Below are positions 19,308-29,694 of a stretch of DNA of 64,000 bases, piece after piece. Within the stretch, counting starts at the first letter, position 1; the number at the start of each line of letters is the position of its first letter. The notes beneath the pieces are model-generated. The model was not told the DNA's origin and searched no databases. It saw nothing but the letters and a program-made list of their open reading frames with translations. Origin of the DNA: Candidatus Poseidoniaceae archaeon (GTDB taxonomy: Archaea > Thermoplasmatota > Poseidoniia > Poseidoniales > Poseidoniaceae); contig CALSRB010000007.1 in the NCBI GenBank assembly GCA_943788655.1, positions 82,439-146,438 of the forward strand, written 5' to 3'. Position numbers and translations under genes: made by a program.

Positions 19308-20120
19308 ATGCGCTCCCATACCTTCAGACCCGTGCTGCTCTGTGCAGTGCTGCTGACGGCCATGCTTGCAGGGTGCCTCGGCAGTGGCGAGGACGATGAA
19401 AACGACAGCCCCATCAACCTCGTCGTTTACTACGATGTGACGTCGGGTGTCATCGAAGAGACCATTCAAAACAACCAACAAGTCTCAGAAGACGGCGTCG
19501 ATGTTGTCTTTGATTACTCGTACACGAAATCCACCGCAGGTGACATCTCAAATTTCTTATTCAACCCTGGCGACGGCTCGACCACAATCTCCGTCAACAG
19601 TGCTGATACGGGGGAAATTACCTACACCTACCTCACACACGGCATGTTCTCTGCGAGCATCGGAGCGATTGACGACCAAGGAAACGAGGTGTTCGAGAAC
19701 GTCACAATTCGAATTGACAAGCAAATTACCTGGGGCGAAACTCAAACCACGGACCCAAGAACGATGGACATCGAAGCAACGCCTGACTGCGAATGCCCAT
19801 TACCGCAACAAATCCAAATTGATTCCACGGTGACCAACCGCGATAATTTTGGAGGAATTGGCGGGTCCCCAGTGACCGTAACATGGTACCTAAACAACAC
19901 CGAAGGATCTGCCGCTGAATCACCGCCTGAACAGATTGCAGACGGGCAAAACGCTAATTGGAACCACAGTGAATTCGCCCCAATCACAGGCGTTTGGACG
20001 CTTGAAGTTGGCTTGAACCAAGATCAAGAACAAGTGGACATCTCGCACGTGGTTAGGATTGCCTACGCCGCTGAAGAAAGCACAACCAATCCATTCCCTT
20101 CAGATGAAAGCGCCCCATAA
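19308..20120 (+). CDS. Lipoprotein with PKD/Ig-like domains
   Basis: Lipobox LAGC after a hydrophobic stretch; PKD-like FNPGDGS..TYTY..G.F. Confidence 0.75.
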   Translation: MRSHTFRPVLLCAVLLTAMLAGCLGSGEDDENDSPINLVVYYDVTSGVIEETIQNNQQVSEDGVDVVFDYSYTKSTAGDISNFLFNPGDGSTTISVNSADTGEITYTYLTHGMFSASIGAIDDQGNEVFENVTIRIDKQITWGETQTTDPRTMDIEATPDCECPLPQQIQIDSTVTNRDNFGGIGGSPVTVTWYLNNTEGSAAESPPEQIADGQNANWNHSEFAPITGVWTLEVGLNQDQEQVDISHVVRIAYAAEESTTNPFPSDESAP

Positions 20121-20144
20121 GTCGGCGTAGATTCCTGAGTGATT

Positions 20145-20165
20145 TTCACTTTCATTGAAGGTGAA
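20145..20165. promoter_or_regulatory. 10-1-10 near-perfect palindrome upstream of radA
   Basis: TTCACTTTCA-T-TGAAGGTGAA (one mismatch) in an AT-rich intergenic region. Confidence 0.4.
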
Positions 20166-20308
20166 TCTAAACTAAAAGTGATTAAAACGGGCCACTGAAA
20201 GCCCAGCGACCGACGGCATTTCACAATTCGAGCGCTTCAAATTTCCGCGCCGCCCTTCGTTCCTTGATATACCGTGGCCGAACCAGAAGGGGTTGGAAGT
20301 GAACAGAA

Positions 20309-21346
20309 ATGGCGACCAAATCGAAGAAAAAAGCAAAGATAGAGATTGAAAACAATGAAGACCCTCAAGACAAGCCATTGGCAGTGATGCCACCGGAAGA
20401 AGAAGCCCCTGAGGTGAAAATCGAAGACCTTCCGGGTGTCGGCCCAGCGACCGCAGAAAAGCTCCGCGAAGCCGGGTTTGACGACCTCCTCGCACTTGCA
20501 GTGATGTCACCTGGCGATCTTGCAGACCAAGCCGAACTCGGCGAAGCAGTGGCGACTAAAATCATTGGAGCAGCAAAGAAAATGGCCAACATCGGCGGCT
20601 TCGTTTCCGGTGGCGCACTCCTTGAGCGACGACGTGAAGTGCTCAAGCTCTCCTCAAAAGTTCAATCGATTGACGACTTGCTCGGCGGTGGTTTCGAAAC
20701 CCAAGCACTCGTGGAAGTCTACGGTGCGTTTGGAAGCGGAAAGACCCAGATTGGTCACCAATTGGCAGTCAACTGCACCCTTCCAATGAGCGAAGGTGGC
20801 TTTGATGGCGATGTATTTTACATCGATACAGAAGACACATTCCGCCCTGAGCGAATCACGCAGATGGCCCGAGGCCACGGTCTTGATCCAGACGCTGTGT
20901 TGCAACGAATCCATGTCGCTCGAGCCTACAATTCAGCACACCAAATGCTCCTGGTTGACGAAATCAAGCGCATGAGCAAAGGCCTCAACGTGAAGATGAT
21001 CATTGTTGATTCCCTGACAAGCCACTTCCGTGCAGAATACATCGGCCGTGGTATGTTGGCAAACCGCCAGCAAAAACTCAACCGCCACTTGAAAGATCTC
21101 AAGCAGCTTGCTGATGTAAACAACGCCCTCGTGTTGGTCACCAACCAAGTGCACTCGAAGCCAGATGCAATGTGGGGCGACCCAACAAAGCCAATCGGTG
21201 GACACGTGCTCGCTCACGCCTCAACCTTCAGGCTCTACTTGCGAAAAGCCAAGGCAGGACGCCGAATTGCTCGACTTGTCGATTCACCAAACTTGCCAGA
21301 TGGCGAGTGCGTCTATCAGGTCACGCAAGATGGCCTCCGTGATTGA
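20309..21346 (+). CDS. radA: DNA repair and recombination protein RadA
   Basis: Hh[63 protein letters not shown]. Confidence 0.98.
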   Translation: MATKSKKKAKIEIENNEDPQDKPLAVMPPEEEAPEVKIEDLPGVGPATAEKLREAGFDDLLALAVMSPGDLADQAELGEAVATKIIGAAKKMANIGGFVSGGALLERRREVLKLSSKVQSIDDLLGGGFETQALVEVYGAFGSGKTQIGHQLAVNCTLPMSEGGFDGDVFYIDTEDTFRPERITQMARGHGLDPDAVLQRIHVARAYNSAHQMLLVDEIKRMSKGLNVKMIIVDSLTSHFRAEYIGRGMLANRQQKLNRHLKDLKQLADVNNALVLVTNQVHSKPDAMWGDPTKPIGGHVLAHASTFRLYLRKAKAGRRIARLVDSPNLPDGECVYQVTQDGLRD

Positions 21347-21422
21347 GGAGCCCCTTCGAAAAGGCCTGTTTGGGCCATTCAAGGTGCGGCACATTCAAGG
21401 TCACATCGACAAGGAAAGCAGC

Positions 21423-22553
21423 ATGCGACACCTTGTGGAACGAGTCTTGGAACTGTCAGAAGCAGAACAAGCAGCAGCGAACACCGCCGCTCCACCAATG
21501 GATGAAAACTCAGAAGTGGAGTTGCAAGCCCTTCTCGAATCCCTTCAACCAAGGATCAGGGTCTACGGTGTCGGTGGCGCTGGATGCAACGCTGTAAATC
21601 GATTGTTTGATGAGCGGTTGTTCAAGAATTCCTACGTCACAGGCTATGCAATCAACACTGATGCGCAGGCATTGCTCATGTCGCCAATCGAGGAAAAAAT
21701 CTTGATTGGAAGAACAGCTCGAGGACGTGGCGCTGGAGGCGATCCAACAAAGGGCGAAGCAGCCGCTTTGGAATCTGAGCCATCCCTTCGAAGGATCACC
21801 AATGACACTCAACTTGCCATCATCACTGCAGGAATGGGCGGCGGTTCTGGAACCGGTGCTGCAGGACACATCGCACGGCTGGCTAAACAGCAAGGGGCAA
21901 TGACCATCGCTGTCGTGACCTATCCATTCAATTCAGAGGGGGCTCTACGGAAGCAGAACGCTGAATGGGGATTGGAGCGCTTGCGAGAGCACTGCGATAC
22001 CATCCTCGTGATACCAAACGAACGATTGCTGGAAATTGAAGGCGTCAAAGATCTCCCAATCGGGGATGCGTTCCGTGTCGGCGATGAACTGCTTGTTCGC
22101 TCAATTACAGGAGTTGCAGAAATGCTCACCACCGATGGCATGGTCAACCTCGACTTTGAGGACCTTCGCTCAGTGATTCAATTTGGAAGCGGCGTGGCCA
22201 TGATTGGGCTTGGTGAAGCCAGCGGACCCGGCCGTGTTGAAGCGGCGACTGAGGAAGCCATGCATTCTCCACTGCTGGACATTGATTCTTCGGATGCCCG
22301 TGGCGCCCTCATCAACGTGGTTGGCGGACCAAGCCTTACACTCGGCGAAGCTGAGAAATGTGCAAAGATTATCTCGGACCAAATTTCACCTCATGCCCAA
22401 GTCATCTGGGGGGCTGCTGTTCGTGAAGAACTGGGTGATGAAATTAGAGTCATGCTTGTGTTGACTGGTGTGAAAAGCGAACAAATCCATGGCGCAAGTG
22501 AGAACCGACAACTGCGCGCCTTGCAGAATCGCCACATAGAATTCGTCAATTGA
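21423..22553 (+). CDS. ftsZ: Cell division protein FtsZ
   Basis: GVGGAGCN, INTDAQ, GAGGDP, GMGGGSGTG, NLDFEDL; FtsZ1-like N-terminal helix; start is either 21423 or GTG 21339. Confidence 0.95.
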   Translation: MRHLVERVLELSEAEQAAANTAAPPMDENSEVELQALLESLQPRIRVYGVGGAGCNAVNRLFDERLFKNSYVTGYAINTDAQALLMSPIEEKILIGRTARGRGAGGDPTKGEAAALESEPSLRRITNDTQLAIITAGMGGGSGTGAAGHIARLAKQQGAMTIAVVTYPFNSEGALRKQNAEWGLERLREHCDTILVIPNERLLEIEGVKDLPIGDAFRVGDELLVRSITGVAEMLTTDGMVNLDFEDLRSVIQFGSGVAMIGLGEASGPGRVEAATEEAMHSPLLDIDSSDARGALINVVGGPSLTLGEAEKCAKIISDQISPHAQVIWGAAVREELGDEIRVMLVLTGVKSEQIHGASENRQLRALQNRHIEFVN

Positions 22554-23180
22554 TTATTTGAGCACTCGGATCAAGAAAAAGGCAAGGGCGGCAAGGGCTG
22601 CCGCAAACACTGTCCAGTCAAGGGCGCTGATGTCGGTTTGTTCGGAAACGGTATCTTCTACGGGTGGTCCATCGACATGTGGGATAGAGATAACATACGA
22701 CGACCAGCCATCACCATTTGACTGCTCATTGCCATTCACTGCATTACCCACCAATGAGAATTTGACAGGCTCTGTTGAATTTTCAGGACTGGTCCATGTC
22801 AAGTTCCACTGCCGCTGATACGTACCTGCGAGTTCATGCGTCCACCCATCATTGAGTTGTTGAACCTCAGATGCGTTCTCAAACTGAACCACACCACCCC
22901 CTTTGGTGAAGAAACGAAATCCTCCTTGGTGGCTATCTTTACTTGCGTTAATTGAACTTTCAATTTCGAGACTTAGGTTGTAGGTGGTGTTTGATTCAAA
23001 TTTCTCGGGGAGGCCGCTGATAACAACAGTGGTCGCATCAGAAATTCCGCCGTGACAAAGGCATCCTTCATTCGCCATGTCGCCCACACCTGATGGTATG
23101 CTGGAAATTGATGGGGCGAACAAGAGAACGAGCAGCATGCTTGCCCAAAGCATCGATGTTGAAACTCGATTAACTCGCAT
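22554..23180 (-). CDS. Reeler / choice-of-anchor-V-like secreted, membrane-anchored protein
   Basis: Signal peptide, GCLCHG, GGF, WNLTWTSP, GNAVNGN...GD; C-terminal TM. Confidence 0.72.
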   Translation of the reverse strand: MRVNRVSTSMLWASMLLVLLFAPSISSIPSGVGDMANEGCLCHGGISDATTVVISGLPEKFESNTTYNLSLEIESSINASKDSHQGGFRFFTKGGGVVQFENASEVQQLNDGWTHELAGTYQRQWNLTWTSPENSTEPVKFSLVGNAVNGNEQSNGDGWSSYVISIPHVDGPPVEDTVSEQTDISALDWTVFAAALAALAFFLIRVLK

Positions 23181-23346
23181 CTGCTTCACACAGATGGAAA
23201 ACGCCAGCACCTTTGATACTTGGCCGTTGAGAGGAACTTGTTCCATGATAATCTATCGGTCGCTCGTTTGATGGAAGCATCATCAGGATTTGGTCTCGAA
23301 AAACATCCTTTCATGTACTATGATAATCACATATGCTACTGATAAC

Positions 23347-23997
23347 ATGATGGGACCATGGGAAACAGCACCAGAAGAAGTAGTGGAAGAAGAGATTGAT
23401 ATCTTCGCAGAATTGGGCGCACTCCGCCCCGGAGCAACCGCACCACAACCACAACTGAACCAGCAAATGGTATCACAGAACCAAAGCGCTGACCCCCTTG
23501 CAATGTTCATGGACGATGACGAGGATGAACCGTTGCTCGCTGGTCAATCCGCACAACCCCTCGAACCTCAAATGGAAGCCATCAGCACAACGGCAATCTC
23601 GCATCAGGACGAGTCCGGAAAACCAAACTTCACTTCTCCAGTATCCAATGAAGTTATTTCAGAACTTCTGGAAATCCTTGTCAAGAAAGAATTGCACTCT
23701 CGTCACGAACGTGGCGAAGACTGGTTGAGCGACCTCCCTGCAGATGCCGTGGCCAAGATCGAATCAGCCAAGGTCATCAAGGATCAAGAAGCCTACCACC
23801 TATCCCTCATTATCGACATGGTTGGAACCGGTCAAGTTCGGCCGTTTGCTACCGTGCTTTCGACCGAACAGGGTACACTTCCTGTGGCCCCGCCGCCTCA
23901 AATCCCACAGAGTTGGCATCCACTCTACAATGCCCTTCGAGAACTTCTTCTCAGCGCTATGAATTCGTTGACCGCACTCAAGGTTGTCACAAACTGA
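23347..23997 (+). CDS. Hypothetical protein with acidic disordered N-half
   Basis: Long ORF with coding-like composition; start uncertain. Confidence 0.65.
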   Translation: MMGPWETAPEEVVEEEIDIFAELGALRPGATAPQPQLNQQMVSQNQSADPLAMFMDDDEDEPLLAGQSAQPLEPQMEAISTTAISHQDESGKPNFTSPVSNEVISELLEILVKKELHSRHERGEDWLSDLPADAVAKIESAKVIKDQEAYHLSLIIDMVGTGQVRPFATVLSTEQGTLPVAPPPQIPQSWHPLYNALRELLLSAMNSLTALKVVTN

Positions 23998-24000
23998 GCA

Positions 24001-24381
24001 TCAGTTGTGCACTTGGCATGAATGAGTCATGTTGACATTCACAAACATCTGAGAAACCGTGCAGTGCTTCTCATGGCTTTTGGCCACGATGCGTTCAACA
24101 AGTTTGAGAGGTACATCTCCGCGTACATGGTAAACCATGTGGATATCTGTGAAGACCTTTGGAGCAGTCTCTGCCCGAGTCCCGTCCATTTCAACCCAGA
24201 CCTCACTGAAGGACCGCTCTTTTAGGCCCAAAACGAGGTCGGCGGTTGAACATGCGCCGATCATTTGCATGACAACCTGCATTGGAGTTGGCCCATCTTC
24301 CCAGTTCAAATCGAGGCGATCGCCGCGCTCATTTGTGCATGCGACTGTGTCGCCTCCTGTCCAATCCACGCGCCCGTACAT
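24001..24381 (-). CDS. OsmC/YhfA-family protein
   Basis: GPTPMQ..IGACS, R....PKVFTDIHM, SHEKHCTVS. Confidence 0.88.
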   Translation of the reverse strand: MYGRVDWTGGDTVACTNERGDRLDLNWEDGPTPMQVVMQMIGACSTADLVLGLKERSFSEVWVEMDGTRAETAPKVFTDIHMVYHVRGDVPLKLVERIVAKSHEKHCTVSQMFVNVNMTHSCQVHN

Positions 24382-24439
24382 AGAACGCCCACGGGCGGTT
24401 CATTCTTGAAGGGGACGCTTCTGCCTCGTAACGATTGCA

Positions 24440-25666
24440 ATGGCAGGAACACCCGTTACCATGGAAAATGGCAAACTCAACATCCCAAACGACCCGGTAA
24501 TTCACTACATCGAAGGCGATGGAATTGGCGTCGATATCACACCCGTGATGATCAAGGTCGTTGACGCTTCAGTCGAGAAGGCATATGGCGGACAACGAGG
24601 CATCGTTTGGTCCGAAGTGTTGGCTGGCGAGAAAGCATTCAACGCAACTGGCGAATGGTTGCCAGAGGCCACGCTTGACGCCATGCGAAGTGGCCTTGTC
24701 TCCATCAAAGGTCCATTGACAACCCCCGTCGGCGGTGGCATTCGCTCACTCAACGTGGCGTTGCGCCAAAAGCTCGATTTGTTCGCTTGCGTTCGACCCG
24801 TTCGCTGGTACGACGGTACGCCATCTCCTGTGAAAGCACCTGGCGATGTGGACATGATTATCTTCCGTGAAAACAGCGAAGATGTCTACGCTGGAATTGA
24901 GTGGGAAGCCGGTTCTGAAGGCGTCAAGAAAGTCATCGATTTCCTCCAAAACGAGATGGGTGTTGACAAAATTCGATTCCCGAACACTTCAGGAATTGGG
25001 ATCAAGCCAATCTCTCAGGAAGGCACAGCACGAATTGTGCGTGCTGCAATTGAATATGCGTTGGCCAACGATAAGGAAAGCCTCACCCTTGTTCACAAGG
25101 GGAACATCATGAAGTTCACTGAAGGTGGATTCCGTGACTGGGGATACGAGATTGCAAAGCAAGAATACGGAGCAGTCGAACTTGATGGCGGCCCATGGTG
25201 CACCCTCGAAAACCCAACCACTGGTCGAAGCATCCTGATCAAAGATGTGATTGCCGACGCTATGCTTCAGCAAATCATCACCCGTCCTGCAGAGTACTCG
25301 GTGCTCGCAACAATGAACCTCAACGGCGATTATATCTCCGATGCACTTGCAGCTCAAGTCGGCGGCATTGGTATTGCACCTGGTGCAAACATCAACTACG
25401 ACACAGGTATCTCAATCTTTGAGGCAACCCACGGCACCGCTCCAAAGTATGCTGGACAAAACAAAGTGAACCCAGGCTCCCTCATCCTCTCCGCTGAAAT
25501 GATGCTCCGCCACATGGGATGGACCGAAGCAGCAGATCTGATTGTCAAGGGCATGGAAGGAGCCATTTTGGCCCAAACTGTGACCTACGATTTCGAACGA
25601 TTGATGGACGACGCAACATTGCTTTCTTGCAGCGACTTCGGCGATGCAATGATCTCACACATGTGA
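24440..25666 (+). CDS. icd: NADP-dependent isocitrate dehydrogenase
   Basis: [58 protein letters not shown]. Confidence 0.98.
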   Translation: MAGTPVTMENGKLNIPNDPVIHYIEGDGIGVDITPVMIKVVDASVEKAYGGQRGIVWSEVLAGEKAFNATGEWLPEATLDAMRSGLVSIKGPLTTPVGGGIRSLNVALRQKLDLFACVRPVRWYDGTPSPVKAPGDVDMIIFRENSEDVYAGIEWEAGSEGVKKVIDFLQNEMGVDKIRFPNTSGIGIKPISQEGTARIVRAAIEYALANDKESLTLVHKGNIMKFTEGGFRDWGYEIAKQEYGAVELDGGPWCTLENPTTGRSILIKDVIADAMLQQIITRPAEYSVLATMNLNGDYISDALAAQVGGIGIAPGANINYDTGISIFEATHGTAPKYAGQNKVNPGSLILSAEMMLRHMGWTEAADLIVKGMEGAILAQTVTYDFERLMDDATLLSCSDFGDAMISHM

Positions 25667-25673
25667 GTTCGTA

Positions 25674-28600
25674 TCATCCATGCAAAAATCCGTTGAGGGC
25701 TCGGCTGTTCTTTGCAACGCCGAATCCAAAGCGCTCTTCAAGCGCCCGTGAAACAAGGGTGAAATCACTGTCCCGGGTTGCAACAAGGACTGTTCCGAGG
25801 TTGCCAAGAGATTGCTTAGCCAAGTGAAGAGCAAGGTGCATGATGGTGCAATCCGGAGATTCAGGATAAACATCCAAGCCATCGACAACAGTTCGAGCCG
25901 GTTCGCCTCTGGTTCGCTTCATGGCCGTGATTTCTTCGTAAATCTCGGTGTAATCTTTGAAGAACTCGACCACTCGAGATTTGTTCTCAGCGTCTTCAGA
26001 CTCTACTTCAAGTTGCAAGTCCATTGGGCGCCATGTGCTGTAGTCAGAGAGCACTTGGTCCACAATTTCGCTGATGACATCTTTTCTGAAGACGGTATCA
26101 AGCATGGTTGGTGGAACCAAGAGGCCGCTGAAGCGACCACGTAGGAATTCTAAGTCGCTTGCAATTCCTTTGAGTTCTTGCTTGACGATCTTTGGAAGCC
26201 AAAGTTGGATTTTGCCTTCTTGTGCTCGCTTCAACAAGACATGGTGGAAGTGACCGTGGCCACCGATGTCGAGGCTCGCTTCTGTGAAGACCTCCAACCG
26301 TTGCTTGATGGCATCCATCAGCGCATCAACCAGCACGTTGGTGTCAATCAGAACCAACGGTGAGAGAGAGAGGTTTCTCAAGTAGCGGCGAGAGCCGTTT
26401 GGAATCTGGTCCTTGTAAGCGGAAAACAAGCCTTGTTCGGCATCTGCAATCCGCTTAATTTCTCGAACACTGAATTGTCCCCTGTTTTGAGCTCGCTCAA
26501 GGAACATGAGTCCCTCGACTGGCTTTTCTTGTGCTGCTTCCTTCGCCAATTCATACAGTTCGTCAAGCGAAGGGGAGGAACCTTGCATGAGTTGAGTGAA
26601 GCGGGTATCGAACGCGTTTCGTTGCCGGCGACGATTCTTCTGCAGAGAGTTCACGGCGGCGGTGACTCGACCGCAGAAGGGGTCTGTTGGGAGAACTCGG
26701 TGGTGTTCAAGGGGGTAGGTTTTGAGCATGTCAAGGTCATCTTCGGCAAAGTAGGTGACATCGATTTCTTCGATTTCACCTTTCTCGTTTTCCTGTGTGA
26801 TCGTTTTCGTAGAGCGTACGAAATCCTTCAACAATCGAGTTGCTTCATTGGTGTTTTGAGTCGAGGTGAACGACACACGCAGGTAGAGTTGGAACCGCTT
26901 TGTAATGGCGCTCTTGAGGGCAGGTTGGGAATCAAGAAGTTCCACCGCTTCCTTCCATTGGCCCGCGAAAGCAAGGTGAATGAGGGACTTTCGGTAGAGG
27001 ACAATCTTGTGCTCATAATCGAAGCCTTCGTGGTCGCCAGCTCTTCGGTAGTCCCTTGCAGCGTTGAGTTCATCGTGCATCGACGCTGACACGGAAGCGC
27101 GGGCTAAGGTGTGCCATGGAGAAAGTGGGTCGTTTGTTTGGTACCAGCGGACCAACGATGGAAGACCCAAATCGTGCTCAAGCACCAAGTGGCGCACTGA
27201 ATGAATCATTGCTGTAGGTACATTTTCATTCCCGAGCAAGGTGTTGACGCTTTCGACTGTTGAGTCAACGGATGTTCCGTGTTGCAACATCAATGCGACA
27301 CGGTTCAAGCGAAGCGTGTCAATTACGGCAGCGAACAAGTGTTGCTCCATAAGGCTAAGATCTGCTTCAGCCACGCTTGTTTCCAGCGCTTTGAGTTCCT
27401 TATCTTCGACAATACCCGACCCACCTTCACGGAGGGCTCGACGGATGACGCCGAAGGCGAGAAGCCCGTTCTTGTCGAGGAGGGTGCCGAGGCGTTCATC
27501 ATCCACGTTCTCCCCTTCAAACAGCATGAGAAGGGCTTCGCTGGTTGATGAAAAGGCAGGAGGGGCTTCTGTGCTGTGGACTGAATCGAGGGCTTTTTGC
27601 CGTGCAGTTCGAACCATGTGCCACAAATCATTGTCTTTACCGGCAGCCAAAAGATGAGCGGCAAGCAAGGTCTCGTACGGGTGAGACATCGGTGTAAGAT
27701 CGTTCTTGACGATGATTTCCGACAGGCGTCGGAGGTTCATCGAGCGGGTGTAGATATCGATGACGATTGGAAGAACATGTTCCCAAGCCTCGCTGTTGTC
27801 ATGGCTGAGGTGCTTTGCTGCAAGCGCCTGGGCAGCTGTATCAACGCCCTCTGAACAAATGATGTCGACGAGGGCACCGTCGTCGAGGTGAGGAATTTGT
27901 CCTTCGAGCCAAGATTGGACTTCCTCGCTTCCAAGGTCAGAGATGAGTGGGAGAAGATTGGACAGTTCTGCGTGAGCGTCGAGTTTGAGGGCCGTGAGTG
28001 TTTGAATTGTTTCCTCAGATTTTCCTTCCCGGTGAAGAGCCGCCAATCGCCACCATGTCACACGTTCAATGGATTGAGTCGGTGCTTTTCCATCCTGCAG
28101 AAGGTCAAGGCCCTCACTGAGCGTTTCTGCATCGAGGTCTGCAGAGGATTCTGGTGGGTGTTGCCATGCGAGGAAGCGGCGTGATTTTGCAAGGGAGTGG
28201 TCGCCTGTTGCGTTGGTGCTCGCAGCCCAATCGTTGACCTCGCCGTTTCGCAAGGCGACCAAGTCGCTCAATTCCGATGCAAGGGTTTTGTCGGCCTTCT
28301 TGAGGCGCTCCAGCGCATCGCTGGCATCGTTACCAGTTGCGATGAGAAGCAGAGCAGAAAGGGCTGCGGCTTGACCGTCGAGTTCGAACAGCAGCGCACC
28401 AGGATTGAGGTTTCGACCGGCGGAGAGTTGAGAACTCACGGTCCTGAGTGCAACTTGAGCCTCTGCGGTTTCAACGGTAGGCGCAAGCGCCTCGAGGGCC
28501 ATTGCCAAATCCTTGGAAGATGTTGGATCGATGTAACTTGGCTCCATCTTGACCTTTTTCTTTGAGGAGGTTTTCTTCGGCTTTGCGACTGGGAAGGCTG

Positions 28601-29027
28601 CAAATTGCCCGAAAATCGGGGTGTGCTGAGCCAGGTCCCCCCACACTGGATGCGCTCCCTTTTCGAGGCATGAATCGCGGAGGCTGGTTTCGGTGGTTTC
28701 CCAAGTTGCGTCCCATTCGTCTTTGTTGAGTAATTTATGCGTGAGAAGCACAGCGAGCCGATAGGCGTCTGAGAAATCACTTGGGATGAGCATTTCTGCG
28801 GGTGATGGAAGGTTATCCAGCGGCCCAGATGAGCCCCGGCCACCACGACGGGTTCTTGTGCGTCGCATGTTCGTGGGTTTTCGCATTGGCGAGGATTGAT
28901 CCTCTTCGTCGGCTGCGGGAAGTTCCGTTTCTGCAACCGCCAAGAGCAGAATCGGGCGCCATGCCTTTTCCAAAAGTTGCCAATCTGGAGTTCGAACAAC
29001 GAGGGACTGACGGCGTGCTTTTGTCAC
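25674..29027 (-). CDS. Large helical-repeat protein with C-terminal PIN domain
   Basis: LVLIDTNVLVD, KQEL, PDC, VATRDSDF; long Ala/Leu/Glu-rich helical region; true start may lie further upstream. Confidence 0.8.
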   Translation of the reverse strand: MTKARRQSLVVRTPDWQLLEKAWRPILLLAVAETELPAADEEDQSSPMRKPTNMRRTRTRRGGRGSSGPLDNLPSPAEMLIPSDFSDAYRLAVLLTHKLLNKDEWDATWETTETSLRDSCLEKGAHPVWGDLAQHTPIFGQFAAFPVAKPKKTSSKKKVKMEPSYIDPTSSKDLAMALEALAPTVETAEAQVALRTVSSQLSAGRNLNPGALLFELDGQAAALSALLLIATGNDASDALERLKKADKTLASELSDLVALRNGEVNDWAASTNATGDHSLAKSRRFLAWQHPPESSADLDAETLSEGLDLLQDGKAPTQSIERVTWWRLAALHREGKSEETIQTLTALKLDAHAELSNLLPLISDLGSEEVQSWLEGQIPHLDDGALVDIICSEGVDTAAQALAAKHLSHDNSEAWEHVLPIVIDIYTRSMNLRRLSEIIVKNDLTPMSHPYETLLAAHLLAAGKDNDLWHMVRTARQKALDSVHSTEAPPAFSSTSEALLMLFEGENVDDERLGTLLDKNGLLAFGVIRRALREGGSGIVEDKELKALETSVAEADLSLMEQHLFAAVIDTLRLNRVALMLQHGTSVDSTVESVNTLLGNENVPTAMIHSVRHLVLEHDLGLPSLVRWYQTNDPLSPWHTLARASVSASMHDELNAARDYRRAGDHEGFDYEHKIVLYRKSLIHLAFAGQWKEAVELLDSQPALKSAITKRFQLYLRVSFTSTQNTNEATRLLKDFVRSTKTITQENEKGEIEEIDVTYFAEDDLDMLKTYPLEHHRVLPTDPFCGRVTAAVNSLQKNRRRQRNAFDTRFTQLMQGSSPSLDELYELAKEAAQEKPVEGLMFLERAQNRGQFSVREIKRIADAEQGLFSAYKDQIPNGSRRYLRNLSLSPLVLIDTNVLVDALMDAIKQRLEVFTEASLDIGGHGHFHHVLLKRAQEGKIQLWLPKIVKQELKGIASDLEFLRGRFSGLLVPPTMLDTVFRKDVISEIVDQVLSDYSTWRPMDLQLEVESEDAENKSRVVEFFKDYTEIYEEITAMKRTRGEPARTVVDGLDVYPESPDCTIMHLALHLAKQSLGNLGTVLVATRDSDFTLVSRALEERFGFGVAKNSRALNGFLHG

Positions 29028-29223
29028 GTTTGATTTGAACGCAACTTGAAGGCAATTTGCCAGATAGGTCTCCTGCAGAATACTCGCCCCTCAACCAGTG
29101 CCTCAACCTACCCTCCTTCAACCCACCGGCACGGGTCACTCCTGCGTTGAGCGGCTTGAATCGAATGTTTCCAATAACATCCATGAGGAAAGGGGGCCTC
29201 CGAGGTAGCAAGGGGGCGACAGA

Positions 29224-29694
29224 ATGGACCTAATCAACGCCTTCATTCTCCTATTGCATCCACTCTTGGCAACGGGCTTGCTTGTGTGGATTTGGTGGCA
29301 GTACTCATGGCGAAAGAAAAGTCATGAGCTCAAAGGCGAACAACGTGTTGTAGCGAGAGATCGACACGAAAAAATGGGCGAACAATTGCTTCGTTCCACA
29401 TTCGGCGTGATTGCCGTGGCGTTCATTGCACGGGCCATTGTTGGGTGGCGCACCGATGGTGATGCGCTGTCGAACCTTATGCCGCAGAGCCTTCATGGAT
29501 TTATGGGGCCGGTTGGATTTGGATTGTTGTACGTGCTGGCAAGAATGGGTCGGAAAGCACGGGATGCGAGAATGAATGGGGAGAAATTCAGCCACCATTC
29601 ACTCAAACACGGAAGGGCTGCAGACCTCATTGTGGTCCTTGTGTTTCTTCATGCCTTCCTTGGATTCCTTTACCTTTTCATCGTCTTAGCGTAA
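29224..29694 (+). CDS. Four-TM His-containing membrane protein (DUF4079-like)
   Basis: LLHP, RDRHEKMG, SLHGFMG, KHGR, LHAFLG. Confidence 0.7.
   Translation: MDLINAFILLLHPLLATGLLVWIWWQYSWRKKSHELKGEQRVVARDRHEKMGEQLLRSTFGVIAVAFIARAIVGWRTDGDALSNLMPQSLHGFMGPVGFGLLYVLARMGRKARDARMNGEKFSHHSLKHGRAADLIVVLVFLHAFLGFLYLFIVLA

Noticed and set aside
21165-21338. N-terminal extension of FtsZ in the ORF track (similarly 30694-31041, 58505-58627 and 18121-18333)
   Set aside because: These overlap neighbouring genes, and family homology starts further downstream
29028-29223. Intergenic stretch as a possible SRP or RNase P RNA
   Set aside because: Too short, and I could not identify the conserved SRP helix 8 or RNase P P4 motifs
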